Below, in pieces: positions 30,692-41,017 of a DNA stretch of 64,000 bases (the first letter of the stretch is position 1; each line of letters starts with the position of its first letter). The DNA is taken from positions 2,432,001-2,496,000 of the forward strand of contig CAVVPN010000003.1 in NCBI GenBank assembly GCA_963750165.1, given 5' to 3'. Below the pieces are notes generated by a model. It worked only from the letters and a program-made list of their open reading frames with translations, was not told the origin of the DNA and searched no databases. Made by a program: the position numbers and the translations under genes. The DNA comes from an uncultured Gemmataceae bacterium. Its GTDB lineage: Bacteria; Planctomycetota; Planctomycetia; Gemmatales; Gemmataceae.

Positions 30692-33600
30692 TCACTCCCG
30701 CGTAATCACCTCGTCGAGGTTCAGAATCAGGCTGGCCACGGTGGCATACGCCGCCAGTTCCGCCGCCTCAACGCCGGCCGGCCGCGGCGCCTCGCCGACC
30801 GCCAGCAGCTTTTCCACCGCCTGGGGCCGGGTGCGGAAGTGTTTTAACTGCCGCTCGAGTCCGGCCCGTAAAATCTTCAACTCCTGCGGCGTCGGCGCTC
30901 GCGCCGTCGCCAGCTTGAACCCGAGCGTCAGCCGTGCGTCCACGTCCTGGGCCTCCCGCAGCAGCCGCTGGGCCAGTACCCGCGCCGCCTCCACATAGGT
31001 CACGTCATTCATGAGGTTGAGCGCCTGCAGCGGCGTGTTGGTGCGGCTCTCGCGGACGACGCAGGTTTCGCGGGTGGCGGCGTCGAACGCCAGCATGCCC
31101 GGCGGCGCCACCGTCCGCTTCCAGTGCGTATACAGGCTGCGCCGATACAGGTTGGCGCCGTGGTCCTGCAAGTCCTCGTCCACGCCGGTCAGGTCCTTGA
31201 CGAGCCCCTTTGGCTGGTACGGTCGCACCGATGGGCCGCCGCGCTTCTCGACCAGCAGGCCGCTGACAAACAGCGCCTGGTCGCGGATCATTTCCGCCGA
31301 CAGCCGCTGCCGTGGGCCGCGCGCAGCAGGCGGTTGTCTGGGTCGCGCTCGCGCAGCGCCGGGCTGACCTTCGACGACTGCCGATACGTGGCGCTGGTGA
31401 CGATCAACCGGTGCAGCTTCTTCAGGTTCCACCCCCTCACCCCCGACCCCTCTCCCCCTGAAGGGGGCGAGGGGAGCATGAATTCCGTCGCCAACCAGTC
31501 GAGCAGTTCGGGGTGCGACGGCCAGGCGCCCTGTGCGCCGAAATCCTCGACGGTCTTGACGAGACCAGTGCCGAAGTGCAGTTGCCAGGCGCGGTTGACG
31601 GCGACGCGGGCGGTGAGCGGATGGTCGGGCCGCACCAGCCATTGAGCAAAGCCGAGGCGGTCGTTGCGGGCATGCAGCGGCAGCGGCGGCAGCGCCACGG
31701 GCAGGCCCGGCTGCACCCGCGGCCCCTTCTTGTCGTACTCACCGCGCAGCAGCACATGCGTGGCGCGCGGCGTCGGCATCTCCTGCATGACCATCGTAGT
31801 TGGGATGGCGTCCCAGAGTTGATCGCGTTCGCGCTCCAGCCGGCGCAGGTGTTCGTGGGCCCGCCGCACCGGCTCCGGGGCCGCGTGCAGCAGATAATAC
31901 AGGTCCAGCTTGCGTTGCTGGCCGACGGTGCGTTTCGCTGCCGGCCGCGCGGCCAGTTCGGACACCGGCTCCGGCGTCGCCAGCACCAGCGCCTCGTTCG
32001 GTGACAGCATCCTGTCATAAACGCGCAGCTCGTCCAGCGCCCCGTGGAAGCGACCGCCGCCGCCCGCCCCGAGCCGCAGTGGTTGGGCCGTCTTGAAGTT
32101 CTGGTTGATGTCGTCCAGATGAATCTTGAGCTTTTGCAGCCGGCCGTTGACATACACCTGAATGCCCGCCGCGAGCCGCGAGCCATCGTAGATCACCGCG
32201 ACGTGCTGCCATTCGTTGACCGCCAGGCGCTCCGCGGTCTCGACGCGGATGGCGTCGTCAAGCCAGCGCTTGACGAACTGCACCTGCAAGCTGCCGTCGC
32301 GCACCGCCAGCAGATAACCCTCGGCGCGGTCGGTGTGGGCCATGCGGCTCAGCACCGGGCCGGCGTCGAGGTTGGCCGGCTTGACCCACAGGCTGAGGCT
32401 GAAGCGGTCGAAGAAGCCGAAGCCCGCTGCGTCGCCAAGGTCGCGGTAGCGCTGGCCGTCGAATGCCTCCTTGCCCAGCGGGAAGTGGTGGACGAGGTGC
32501 TCCGCCGGCGACCAGCTACACGGCTTGCCGGCCGCCTCCGACGTTTCCCATTGCCGCTGAGCGTTGCGCAGCGCCGGCTGCAACTGCTGGAAGCGCAGCC
32601 GCGCCGCGGCCTGGCGGGCGTCCAGGTCCTGCAATTGCCGTTGCTGTGCGGGCGTCGGCGACTTGAGGAACGGCGGCGAGTTGCCGTACTTCCTCGCCTT
32701 GCCGTGCTCCGGCACGTTGTTGAAATACGCGAACACCTGATAGAACTCGCGCTGCGTCAGCGGGTCGTACTTGTGGTCGTGGCAGCGGGCACAGCCCATC
32801 GTCAGGCCGAGCCAGACCGTGAACGTCGTATCGACTCGATCCACCACGTATTCGACCTGGAACTCCTCCGGGATGACGCCGCCCTCGGAGTTGCCGCGGT
32901 GGTTGCGATTGAAGCCGGTCGCGATCTTCTGTTCCAGCGTCGCGCCCGGCAGCAGGTCGCCGGCCAGCTGCTCGATGGTGAAGCGGTCGAACGGCAGGTT
33001 GCGGTTGTAGGCGTCGATCACCCAGTCGCGCCAGCGCCACATGACGCGCTCGCCGTCGTTCTGATAGCCGCTGGTGTCCGCGTAGCGGGCCGCGTCCAGC
33101 CAGCGATAGGCCATGCGCTCGCCGTAGCGCGGCGACGCCAGCAGCCGGTCCACCACCTTCTCATAAGCATTCGTCGATGCGTCGTTGACGAAGGCATCGA
33201 CCTCGGCGGGCGTCGGCGGCAGCCCGGTCAGGTCGAAACTGACGCGACGAAGCAGCGTCGCCCGGTCGGCCTCGGGCGCCGGCTTGAGGCCGTGCTTTTC
33301 CAGCCCGGCGAGGACGAAATGGTCGATGGGGTTGCGCGGCCATTGCTTGAACTGGACCGGCGGCAGCGGCGGCCGCGCCGGCGGCACGAACGACCAGTGT
33401 TCCTGCCACGGCGCCCCTTCCGCGACCCAGCGCCGCAGCAGGGCCTTCTGGGTGGCGGTCAGTTGATGGCCGCTCTTCGGTGGCGGCATGATTTCGCGCG
33501 GATCCTTGCTCAGCACGCGCGCCAGCAGTTCGCTCTCGTCCGGCTTGCCGGGCACGATGACGCGGTAACCGCCGCGGTCGCCGAAGACGGCGGCCTTCTG

Positions 33601-33807
33601 GTCGAGGCGGAGGTTCGCCTTGCGGCGGGAGTTGTCGGGGCCGTGGCAGTTGAAGCAGTTGTCCGACAGCAACGGGCGGATGTCGCGATTGAAGACGACC
33701 GGCGCGGGCGTGGGGGATTGCACCTTCGCCGGTTGCTGGGCGCTCGTCCACAGCGCGGCGGCCGGCAGCAGCAACAGGCCGAAAATCAGCGAAAGGCGGA
33801 AGAGCAT
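30692..33807 (-). CDS. PSD1 and planctomycete cytochrome c domain protein (DUF1549/LamG/DUF1553); 1-nt frameshift near 31325
   Basis: [61 protein letters not shown]. Confidence 0.9.
31432..31476. repeat. REP-like element inserted in frame inside the DUF1553 domain
   Basis: ccccctcacccccgacccctctccccctgaagggggcgaggggag; related intergenic copies at 57501-57618 and 46991-47030. Confidence 0.8.
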
Positions 33808-33881
33808 GGCCGGGGTCCGTCAAGTGGTGGGAATCGCGCCTGGAGATGATTGTAAGCAGCAGTGGCAGAATGCGTCTATTA

Positions 33882-33964
33882 GTTTTGGCGAGCGGCGCGG
33901 CGTCAGCCCGCCGGTGAAGACCAGGGCAGCACCGGCGGGCTGACGCCGCGCCGCTCGCCAAAAC
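33882..33964. repeat. Long inverted repeat (REP-like)
   Basis: gttttggcgagcggcgcggcgtcagcccgccggtg and its reverse complement. Confidence 0.9.
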
Positions 33965-33970
33965 CACGTG

Positions 33971-35452
33971 CTACGGCAACTCCCGCTCGACCACGACGAT
34001 TTCATTATCTGTGAAGCCACGTTCCGCGGCGGTCGCCTGCCAGAAGCGGCGATAGAGCAGCCGCACCCGGACGCGCTGCACGCCGGCGGCGAAGGTGAAG
34101 TCGCGGCGCTCGGTTTGGCCAGGCGTCAGCCGCGTGTCCTCGCCCTCCGCGAACGCCGACCAGAACGGCACCGGTTGCCGGCCGTCCTCGCCCGTCAGCG
34201 TTTTGGCGAACAGCGCCCCCGCCCGACCGGCCAGCGCCGCCCCGACGTGCGGCGGCAGCACCGCACCCTTTTGCAGCGCGACCGGCTTGCCCGCGGCGTC
34301 GAACGCCTCGACCACCAGCAGCACATGGCGGTCGATGAACCCGGTCGGCACGCGATGGCCTACACGCTCGGCGCGGACTTCCACGCGGACATGCAGCCCG
34401 TCGCGGCTCGCCTCCAGTTTCAAGCAGCGGCGCAGCATCTCCGCCTGACCGCCGGGCAGGCGATGGCTGCTGAGCGTCCACGGGTCGCGGTCGCTGCCGC
34501 CCTTGCCGGGCGCGACGTTGGTGAGCGTGCCGTCCGGCGCCATGTGGCAGTGCTGGCACTGCTGGCCGCGCTGGCGGGCGGGACTTTGCAGCCACTCGGA
34601 GTAGGTGCCGTAAGCGTGCTGGCCGAAAACGACGCCTTCATGGCAGGACGCACAGTAACGGCTCTCCTTGTAGAAGGGGGCGTAGGCGAATTGCTCGCCC
34701 TCACGGTGGGCGTCGTCGAGCGGGCCGAAGAACAGCTGCTTGCCGTTCGGCGGCCGCAACAGCGGCAGGCCATCGCGGCCGAAGCGGGTGCCGAGCTTGT
34801 CCGTCGGGGCGTCGGCGATCTTGTGGCAGTAGTCGCAGTGAACGCCGTGCGCGGCGACACCCGGCGGCTGGCGCAGGTCGTAGTTCAGCATGGCGTCGGA
34901 GAAGGTCGGGGCGTGGCAGGTGACGCAGACGCCGGCGCCTTCGGGTCGGTGCTTCCACAGGTAGGCGGCGAAGACGGCGCGGAAGTGGCGCCCGCCAGAA
35001 GCGCGGGCGTGGCCGCTGGCAGCCCAGTCGCGGTAAATCTGCGCGTGACAGTTGCCGCAGTTGTCGGGCTTCTTCGCGTCCGGCGTCGGGTCGATCCATT
35101 CGTACTCGTCGTTGTCGGCGGCTGGCAGCGGCGTCAGCGTCAACAGCAGCGGCCGGCGATCCAGCGGCACCGTGGCGATGGCGTAGCCGGTTTTCGAGGC
35201 GCTGACGCGGCCGGCGGCGGCCTTGCTGAGGCGAAAGCGGCCCTGTGCGTCGGTGAAGGTGCATTGGCCGCCATGACGGACGCGCGTCCCCGCGACGGGG
35301 CCGTGGTCGTCGCGCACCTGACCGGGGAGGTCGTCCGCTTCCGGGGTCGGGTCGGGGGCTGGGGAGGATATGGCGCAGCGCCAGAGCGACCAGCCGACCA
35401 GGACGGCGGCCGGCACGGCGAGCAACCACCACGGCCCGGGCATGCGGCGCAT
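33971..35452 (-). CDS. Pentaheme c-type cytochrome with an N-terminal carboxypeptidase-regulatory-like domain
   Basis: Five CxxCH motifs: CGNCH, CVTCH, CDYCH, CASCH, CQHCH; GHRVPTG. Confidence 0.85.
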   Translation of the reverse strand: MRRMPGPWWLLAVPAAVLVGWSLWRCAISSPAPDPTPEADDLPGQVRDDHGPVAGTRVRHGGQCTFTDAQGRFRLSKAAAGRVSASKTGYAIATVPLDRRPLLLTLTPLPAADNDEYEWIDPTPDAKKPDNCGNCHAQIYRDWAASGHARASGGRHFRAVFAAYLWKHRPEGAGVCVTCHAPTFSDAMLNYDLRQPPGVAAHGVHCDYCHKIADAPTDKLGTRFGRDGLPLLRPPNGKQLFFGPLDDAHREGEQFAYAPFYKESRYCASCHEGVVFGQHAYGTYSEWLQSPARQRGQQCQHCHMAPDGTLTNVAPGKGGSDRDPWTLSSHRLPGGQAEMLRRCLKLEASRDGLHVRVEVRAERVGHRVPTGFIDRHVLLVVEAFDAAGKPVALQKGAVLPPHVGAALAGRAGALFAKTLTGEDGRQPVPFWSAFAEGEDTRLTPGQTERRDFTFAAGVQRVRVRLLYRRFWQATAAERGFTDNEIVVVERELP

Positions 35453-35645
35453 GAGCTACCTCGGGAAACGCCTCAGGCAAGCAGCCAGTAGATCCAGGGT
35501 AAGGCGCAACAGGGATACCGAGGGCTGGTTGCTCGGTACACTTTAGCCGCAGGTGCCATCTGGGCAAGTGTTTTGCAGAAACGTCTCCCATTTGTTGAGA
35601 ACGCTGTTCTGGTTACAATGGGAACAGGCCCGGGATGGAATCCGC

Positions 35646-36212
35646 ATGGACTACGACTTCGAAAAGATCTTCGATCACCCGTTGATGCTGGGGGAATTGC
35701 TACCGGCGGCGATTGTAGTGTTCGGCGGGCTGGCGGTGAGCGAGTTCCGCATCCGGGTGCGGTGGCGCCGTTCGTCGGCGGACGTGGAACAGAACGACCG
35801 GTTAGTGATCCGTTGGGACCTGGAACAACTGGAGCGTCACTATCCCGGCCTGCGTCAGAAAGTGGAGAACGTCCAGCGGCGGGACCTGTATCGGTCCTTG
35901 CAAACGGCGAACGCGGCGGTGATCGTGACTGCGGCCGTGCTGGAGAACATCGCGCCGGGCACCAGGTGGAGCATGCGTTCCGACAAGGGCACGTACCACG
36001 ATTACTACCTGAATGAGAGTTCGGAAGAAATGGTGGAAGTGGCGGGCCGCGGCAGTAGCGAGAAGGGTCTGGATACGCTGTTTTTGGAAGAGAAGGACCA
36101 GAGCGACAAGAACCCCACCCTCCGCAAGCGCTGGGTGAGTGTGACGGTCTTCTCAGCCAGGCCGCGAAATCGTACCGAGGGGCTGCACGATGATGACGCT
36201 AACCAATCCTGA
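35646..36212 (+). CDS. Hypothetical protein, possible PD-(D/E)xK-like nuclease fold
   Basis: KGTYHDYYL..MVEVAG resembles a D..ExxG nuclease core; atypical codon usage. Confidence 0.5.
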   Translation: MDYDFEKIFDHPLMLGELLPAAIVVFGGLAVSEFRIRVRWRRSSADVEQNDRLVIRWDLEQLERHYPGLRQKVENVQRRDLYRSLQTANAAVIVTAAVLENIAPGTRWSMRSDKGTYHDYYLNESSEEMVEVAGRGSSEKGLDTLFLEEKDQSDKNPTLRKRWVSVTVFSARPRNRTEGLHDDDANQS

Positions 36213-36798
36213 ATACCGGCAACTGGCCCGCGAGTCCTCGAACCAGATGCTGCGTTATGACGCCGAACGGCTCCAGGGGAATTTTGAGGAAGCCGGGCTG
36301 GCGATCTGGCAAGCGGGCCAGAACCGGATGAAGATGGCCGACCTCGGCCGCCAGGAGGGGGATGTCTCCCGGGCGGCCGCGGACTTGCTTTCGGCCGCGG
36401 CCTGCTTCCTTCAGGCCGGCAACCTCAAGTGGGCAGAGCGGGCCTTTCGGGAGCTGGAGCAACTAGGCCCACTGCCGGCCGAACGCCGCGATCTGACGGA
36501 CGCGCGGGCAGAGCGCGCCGGGCAACTCGACGAACTGGCGCGCCGGCAGCATCAGGTCGGCGCCGAACTCGATCGGCACGCCGACTGGTTGCAGACGGCT
36601 CCGGCCCAATTGCTGGAGTTGGCGCAGGCCCGGTTGGAGGAATTCCCCGGTTGGGCACGCCTCCATTGTTTGCTGGCCGACCTGGAAACGCAACGGGGTG
36701 ATGTCGAGGCCGTCGCCCGGCACGCCGCCCTGGCCGTTGCGTTTGACTCCGAGCAGACACTGCTGGGGTCAAAAAAGGAGGATGTTCATCATTATTGA
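36190..36798 (+). CDS. All-helical TPR-like hypothetical protein
   Basis: Overlaps the previous gene; Ala/Leu-rich helices such as SAAACFLQAG. Confidence 0.55.
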   Translation: MMTLTNPEYRQLARESSNQMLRYDAERLQGNFEEAGLAIWQAGQNRMKMADLGRQEGDVSRAAADLLSAAACFLQAGNLKWAERAFRELEQLGPLPAERRDLTDARAERAGQLDELARRQHQVGAELDRHADWLQTAPAQLLELAQARLEEFPGWARLHCLLADLETQRGDVEAVARHAALAVAFDSEQTLLGSKKEDVHHY

Positions 36799-36902
36799 GA
36801 CCTGAAATGACTGAATGTCACCCTTTCTGCTCTTTTTCTGTTCGGCAAGGAACTGATGAAACGACTGAGCGATCTCGCAGCAGGGTAAATCAGGAGGTGA
36901 CA

Positions 36903-37028
36903 GTGAAACGGCAAACCGTCTACCTCGCCCGGCTTACGAACACCGTCGTGCGTGGCTTCAAAGAGCCGATCAAGATCGGGAAGACCAAGAACCTAACGAA
37001 ACGGATGGGGGACTATTATCGTCGATAA
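36903..37028 (+). pseudogene. N-terminal fragment of a GIY-YIG/T5orf172-type nuclease
   Basis: AGGAGG RBS and GTG start; TVYL..IKIGKTKNLTKR; stops after 41 aa. Confidence 0.5.
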
Positions 37029-37289
37029 CTGGGCATCCCGTCCCGCTTCGATGTCGCGCACCGTGTTGGCGTTCGGAATCCCGGCGAGCTTGGCGAGGGT
37101 GTACCAGGTCAAGCCGCGGGCCTGTCGCGCCCTGCGAACCTGGGCCGGGATGCCGGGAGGCGCTTCCGCGGGGCCGCCGGTTGCCGTCGGCGGAAACTCC
37201 TGCGCGATCTGTTGCCGAATGGCCGCGTGACGGGTGCGCTTCTCCGGCGTCGCCGGTCGCTCGATGCGCTTGAATTGCTTTTCGGCCAT
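36993..37289 (-). pseudogene. XRE-type HTH protein, C-terminally truncated
   Basis: VRRARQARGLTWYTLAKLAGIPNANTVRDIEAGRDAQLST, then runs into the GIY-YIG fragment. Confidence 0.6.
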
Positions 37290-37374
37290 CGCAACGCTCT
37301 CCTCTAGGATCACTTCTCTCGACACCGTTTCTGGACGCCGTTAAATAATTCATTTTGGAGAAAGGACAACGACA

Positions 37375-37587
37375 ATGACGACTGCCGAAATCATTCCCGC
37401 TTTGCGTGCCTTGCCTCGAAGCGAGAAATTCCGCATCGCAAGGCTGTTGCTTGATGACCTGGCCGCAGAGGAATTGCTCGCGACGCTCAAGCCGGGACAG
37501 GAATTCCCCATCCATACCCCCGCGTTCGCCCCCGGCGCGGCCGCACAGCTCGCCACGCTTCTCCAGGAACCAGGGAAGTCCCCATGA
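37375..37587 (+). CDS. Small antitoxin-like protein
   Basis: LRALPRSEKFRIARLLLDDL; GGAG RBS; ATGA overlap with the next gene. Confidence 0.6.
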   Translation: MTTAEIIPALRALPRSEKFRIARLLLDDLAAEELLATLKPGQEFPIHTPAFAPGAAAQLATLLQEPGKSP

Positions 37588-38015
37588 GCCTGTCCGAGCA
37601 GTTTCCCTACCGCGACCGAACTCCGACCGCGGCGGGCTTCGACCTGATGCCGGACCTTCCCATTCTACTCCGCTCGTCAACCTCCACGCTGTCCGGGTTG
37701 GCGCTGGTCGATAGCGGTGCGACCATCAGTGTGTTGCCTTATTCGCTTGGCTTGCAACTGGGGTTCGACTGGAACTCCCAGCAGTTGCCAATCCGGTTAA
37801 CAGGCGCCCTGGCCCAGGTCGAAGCCCGCGGAATCGCGGTTGAGGCCATTGTCGGACAGCTTGCGCCCGTCCGCCTCGTAATGGCCTGGGCCGCTTCGGA
37901 TCAGGTTCCGTTTGTGCTCGGTCAGTTCAATTTCTTTCAGGCATTCGACATCTTCTTCTCCCGTTCGCGTGGGATCTTTGAGGTGCGGACGGCGCTTGCT
38001 CCAGCAACCCCTTGA
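37584..38015 (+). CDS. Retropepsin-like aspartyl protease
   Basis: ALVDSGA and VLGQFNFFQAF. Confidence 0.8.
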   Translation: MSLSEQFPYRDRTPTAAGFDLMPDLPILLRSSTSTLSGLALVDSGATISVLPYSLGLQLGFDWNSQQLPIRLTGALAQVEARGIAVEAIVGQLAPVRLVMAWAASDQVPFVLGQFNFFQAFDIFFSRSRGIFEVRTALAPATP

Positions 38016-38028
38016 ACGACTTCAGCGC

Positions 38029-39015
38029 TCAAGCGAGCAGCCACCGCGCCAGGTTGAGGTACAGCAAAATCGTCACCACGTCCGCCGCCGCCAGCGCGAT
38101 CGGCCCGGCGGCGACGCGCGGCTCCAGCCGCAACAGCCGCAGCAAGAACGGCAGCGCCAGCCCGAACACCGCCGCCGCCGCCACGCCGCCGCTGATGCCG
38201 CCCACCAGGCACAACGCCACACGCCCCTTCCCCAGCCACCCCAGCGCCACCAGCGCCATCACCGACCCGCTCGCCAGCCCGAGCATGAAGCCCGTCGCCA
38301 GTTCGCGGCCAAGCCGTGCCGGCAGCGTCCGCCAACTCGGCGCCTCGCCGTGCAGCATCTGTAGCGCCAGGCTCACCGACTGGCTGCTGACGCTCTCGGC
38401 CAGGTTCAGCACTACCGGGATGAAGAACGCCAGTTCCACCACGCCGTTCAGCACGTCCTCGAACACGCCGGACAGCAGCGCCGCCAGAATGCCCGCGGCC
38501 AGGTTGCAGCCCAGCCACGGGAAGCGCAGCCGAAACGCCTTCAGCGGTGACCCGTGGCGGGCGCCGGTCGCGCTCACGCCCACCAGCTGGAACAGGTCGT
38601 CACCGACGCGGCCCTCGCCCAGCTGGCTCAGCTCGTCGGTGTACAGCTCCATGTCCACCACGCCGAGCAGGCGGCCGCCGTCGTCCACGACCGGGAACGC
38701 CAGCAGCCGGTGCTGGATGAAGAACTCGCACGCCTCCAGCACCGTCGCCGTCGCGGGCAGCGTAATCACCTGGCGCACCATGAGGTCGGCCAGCGGCTTG
38801 TCAGGCAGACTGAGCACGAGACGGCGGGTCGGCACCACGCCCTGCAAGCGGCTGTCGCCGTCCACCACGTAGAAGTAAATGATGCGCCCCGGCGGCGGGT
38901 GCTGGCGCAGCCAGTCCAGGGCCTCCCCCACCGTCTGGCGCACGTCCAGCTGGGGGAAGTCGCGGTGCATGTGCCCGGTGACGGGGTCGTTCCAGTTGGC
39001 CTTCGGTCCCACCAT
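38029..39015 (-). CDS. mgtE: MgtE-like magnesium transporter (CBS pair plus membrane domain)
   Basis: YFYVVD..LQGVV, FPVVDD, RFPWL, FFIPVV, PRVAAGP..ADV. Confidence 0.8.
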   Translation of the reverse strand: MVGPKANWNDPVTGHMHRDFPQLDVRQTVGEALDWLRQHPPPGRIIYFYVVDGDSRLQGVVPTRRLVLSLPDKPLADLMVRQVITLPATATVLEACEFFIQHRLLAFPVVDDGGRLLGVVDMELYTDELSQLGEGRVGDDLFQLVGVSATGARHGSPLKAFRLRFPWLGCNLAAGILAALLSGVFEDVLNGVVELAFFIPVVLNLAESVSSQSVSLALQMLHGEAPSWRTLPARLGRELATGFMLGLASGSVMALVALGWLGKGRVALCLVGGISGGVAAAAVFGLALPFLLRLLRLEPRVAAGPIALAAADVVTILLYLNLARWLLA

Positions 39016-39031
39016 CAGTCCTCCGCCACCG

Positions 39032-40903
39032 TCATCCACAAAGATACCAGGGCACGTTGACGACCATGACGCGGCGGAAGCCACTGAAGAGCAGGAAGGT
39101 CTTGATCACCGCCGCCGTCTGGTTGTGCAGCAGGTAATGATACCAGCGCGTCGGCACCAGTTCGGGGATGATGACGGCGAGGTCCCGGCCCGGGTGAGCG
39201 CGCTGCAGGTTCTCGACCGCGTGCTTCAGCGGCTCGTACAGCTTGCGGTAGGGCGAGTAGGTGACGATCAGCTTGGGCGCGGGGCAGCCCGCCGCCGCCG
39301 CCGGTTCGCGGACCAGTTTTTCCCAGTTGTCCTCGAGGTGAGCCATGGCGTGCTCGTCATCAGCGACGTGCAGGGCGTAGACCGTGGGCGAGAGCTTCAT
39401 GGCGATCCGCAGCGCCTTGCGGGTGACGGCGCTCCAGCCGCGGATTGGCAGCAGAACCATGGGCGGCTCCAGATCGTCGGCGTCGAGCGGCGCGGCGCTG
39501 GCCACCTCGCGGCCGACCGCCCGGTAATGCCCGTGGACGGCGGCGAACACGGCCAGCAGCGCCGGGATGAGCAGCACGATGACCCAGGCGCCGTCGAGGA
39601 ACTTCGAGACCAGCACGACGGCGAGCGCCACCGCCGTGCAGACCGCGCCGGCGGCGTTGACGGTCAGCGACGCCCGCGCGTGCGGCCCGCCCACCTTCCG
39701 CCAGTGGGCGACCATGCCCGCCTGCGACAGCGTGAACGCCAGGAACGCCCCAACAGCGAACAGCGGGATCAGGTGGTCGGTGATGCCGCCGAACGCGATC
39801 AGCAGCAGCGCCGCCAGCACCGCCAGCGCGAGAATGCCCTGCGAGTACACCAGTCGCCGGCCGCGGAGGGCGAAGCCGTTCGGCAGGTAGCCGTCCAGCG
39901 CGATCGCCCGACACAGCCGCGGGAAGTCCGCGAAACCGGTGTTGGCCGACAGCGCCAGCACGGCGAGCACGCCGGCGATCGTCACGTAGTAGAACCAGCC
40001 GCGGCCGACCACCGCGGCAGTTAATTGTGACAGCGTGCTGTTATAGCCCGACTCGCCCGGGTCCGTCGCGCCGATGCCGTAGGCCCAGCACAGGTACGCA
40101 ATGCCGGCGAGCAGGACGGCCAGCAGCACGATAATCGTCGTCAGCGTGCGGCGGGCGTAGACGATGCACGGCTCGCGGAAGGCGGTCACGCCGTTGCTGA
40201 CGGCCTCGACGCCGGTCATCGCTGTGCAGCCGCTGGCGAACGAACGCATGAGCACCCACAGCGACACGGCTGCCGCGGCGGGGGGCAGTATTGGCGGGGC
40301 CTCCACGGGCTCGGGCCGGCCGCCGGACAGCACCGCCTTGGCCGTGCCGATGGCGAGCACTGCCAGCAGCGTGACGATGAACAGGTACGTGGGCACGGCG
40401 AACGCCAGGCCCGACTCGCGCACGCCGCGCAGGTTGACCACCGTGATCAGAGTCAGGATCGCCAGGCAGAGCCAGAGCGTGTACGGCTGCAGGTCCGGCG
40501 CCGCGGAAATCAGCGCCCCGACGCCCGCCGAGATGCCGACGGCCACCACGAGCACATAGTCCAGCAGCAGTGCCGCAGCGGCGAGCAGGCCGGCGGTGGT
40601 GCCCAGGTTGTCCTTGGCGACGGTGTAGGAACCGCCGCCGTGCGGGTACGCCGTGATCGTTTGCCGATAGGAGAAGTAGACGACCAGCAAGAGGGCAATA
40701 ATGAGAGCGCTAATCGGCCCGATGTAGCCCGGGCCGGCCGCCCCCAGCGGGATGAGCAGCGTGAGCGCCGCTTCCGGGCCGTAGGCGGCGGAGCCGAGGG
40801 CGTCCAGGCCCAGCATCGGAATGCCGGCGAGCACCCCGACGCGGTGCTCGCCCTCCTCGTCCGTCGCCAGCGGCCTGCCGAACAGCCAGTCTGCCAGGGC
40901 CAT
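39032..40903 (-). CDS. APC family transporter (KimA/YdaO-like, K+ or amino acid)
   Basis: DALGSAAYGPE, AYPHGGGSY, MTGVEAVSNG, LLHNQTA. Confidence 0.85.
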   Translation of the reverse strand: MALADWLFGRPLATDEEGEHRVGVLAGIPMLGLDALGSAAYGPEAALTLLIPLGAAGPGYIGPISALIIALLLVVYFSYRQTITAYPHGGGSYTVAKDNLGTTAGLLAAAALLLDYVLVVAVGISAGVGALISAAPDLQPYTLWLCLAILTLITVVNLRGVRESGLAFAVPTYLFIVTLLAVLAIGTAKAVLSGGRPEPVEAPPILPPAAAAVSLWVLMRSFASGCTAMTGVEAVSNGVTAFREPCIVYARRTLTTIIVLLAVLLAGIAYLCWAYGIGATDPGESGYNSTLSQLTAAVVGRGWFYYVTIAGVLAVLALSANTGFADFPRLCRAIALDGYLPNGFALRGRRLVYSQGILALAVLAALLLIAFGGITDHLIPLFAVGAFLAFTLSQAGMVAHWRKVGGPHARASLTVNAAGAVCTAVALAVVLVSKFLDGAWVIVLLIPALLAVFAAVHGHYRAVGREVASAAPLDADDLEPPMVLLPIRGWSAVTRKALRIAMKLSPTVYALHVADDEHAMAHLEDNWEKLVREPAAAAGCPAPKLIVTYSPYRKLYEPLKHAVENLQRAHPGRDLAVIIPELVPTRWYHYLLHNQTAAVIKTFLLFSGFRRVMVVNVPWYLCG

Positions 40904-40918
40904 GAGTCACTCCGCAAT

Positions 40919-41000
40919 GAAGACCGCCTAAAGGCGGAACTACGAACGAAGACAGCGAAGCCGGCCTCTTCGTTCGTAGTTCCGCCTTTAGGCGGTCTTC
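40919..41000. repeat. REP-like inverted repeat (gtagttccgcctttaggcgg family)
   Basis: gaagaccgcctaaaggcggaactacgaacgaaga and its reverse complement. Confidence 0.9.
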
Positions 41001-41017
41001 GCCACATGCCGTAGCCG

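Noticed and set aside
40905..41017. c-di-AMP (ydaO) riboswitch before the KimA-like transporter
   Set aside because: The spacer is filled by a REP-like palindrome and shows no riboswitch consensus
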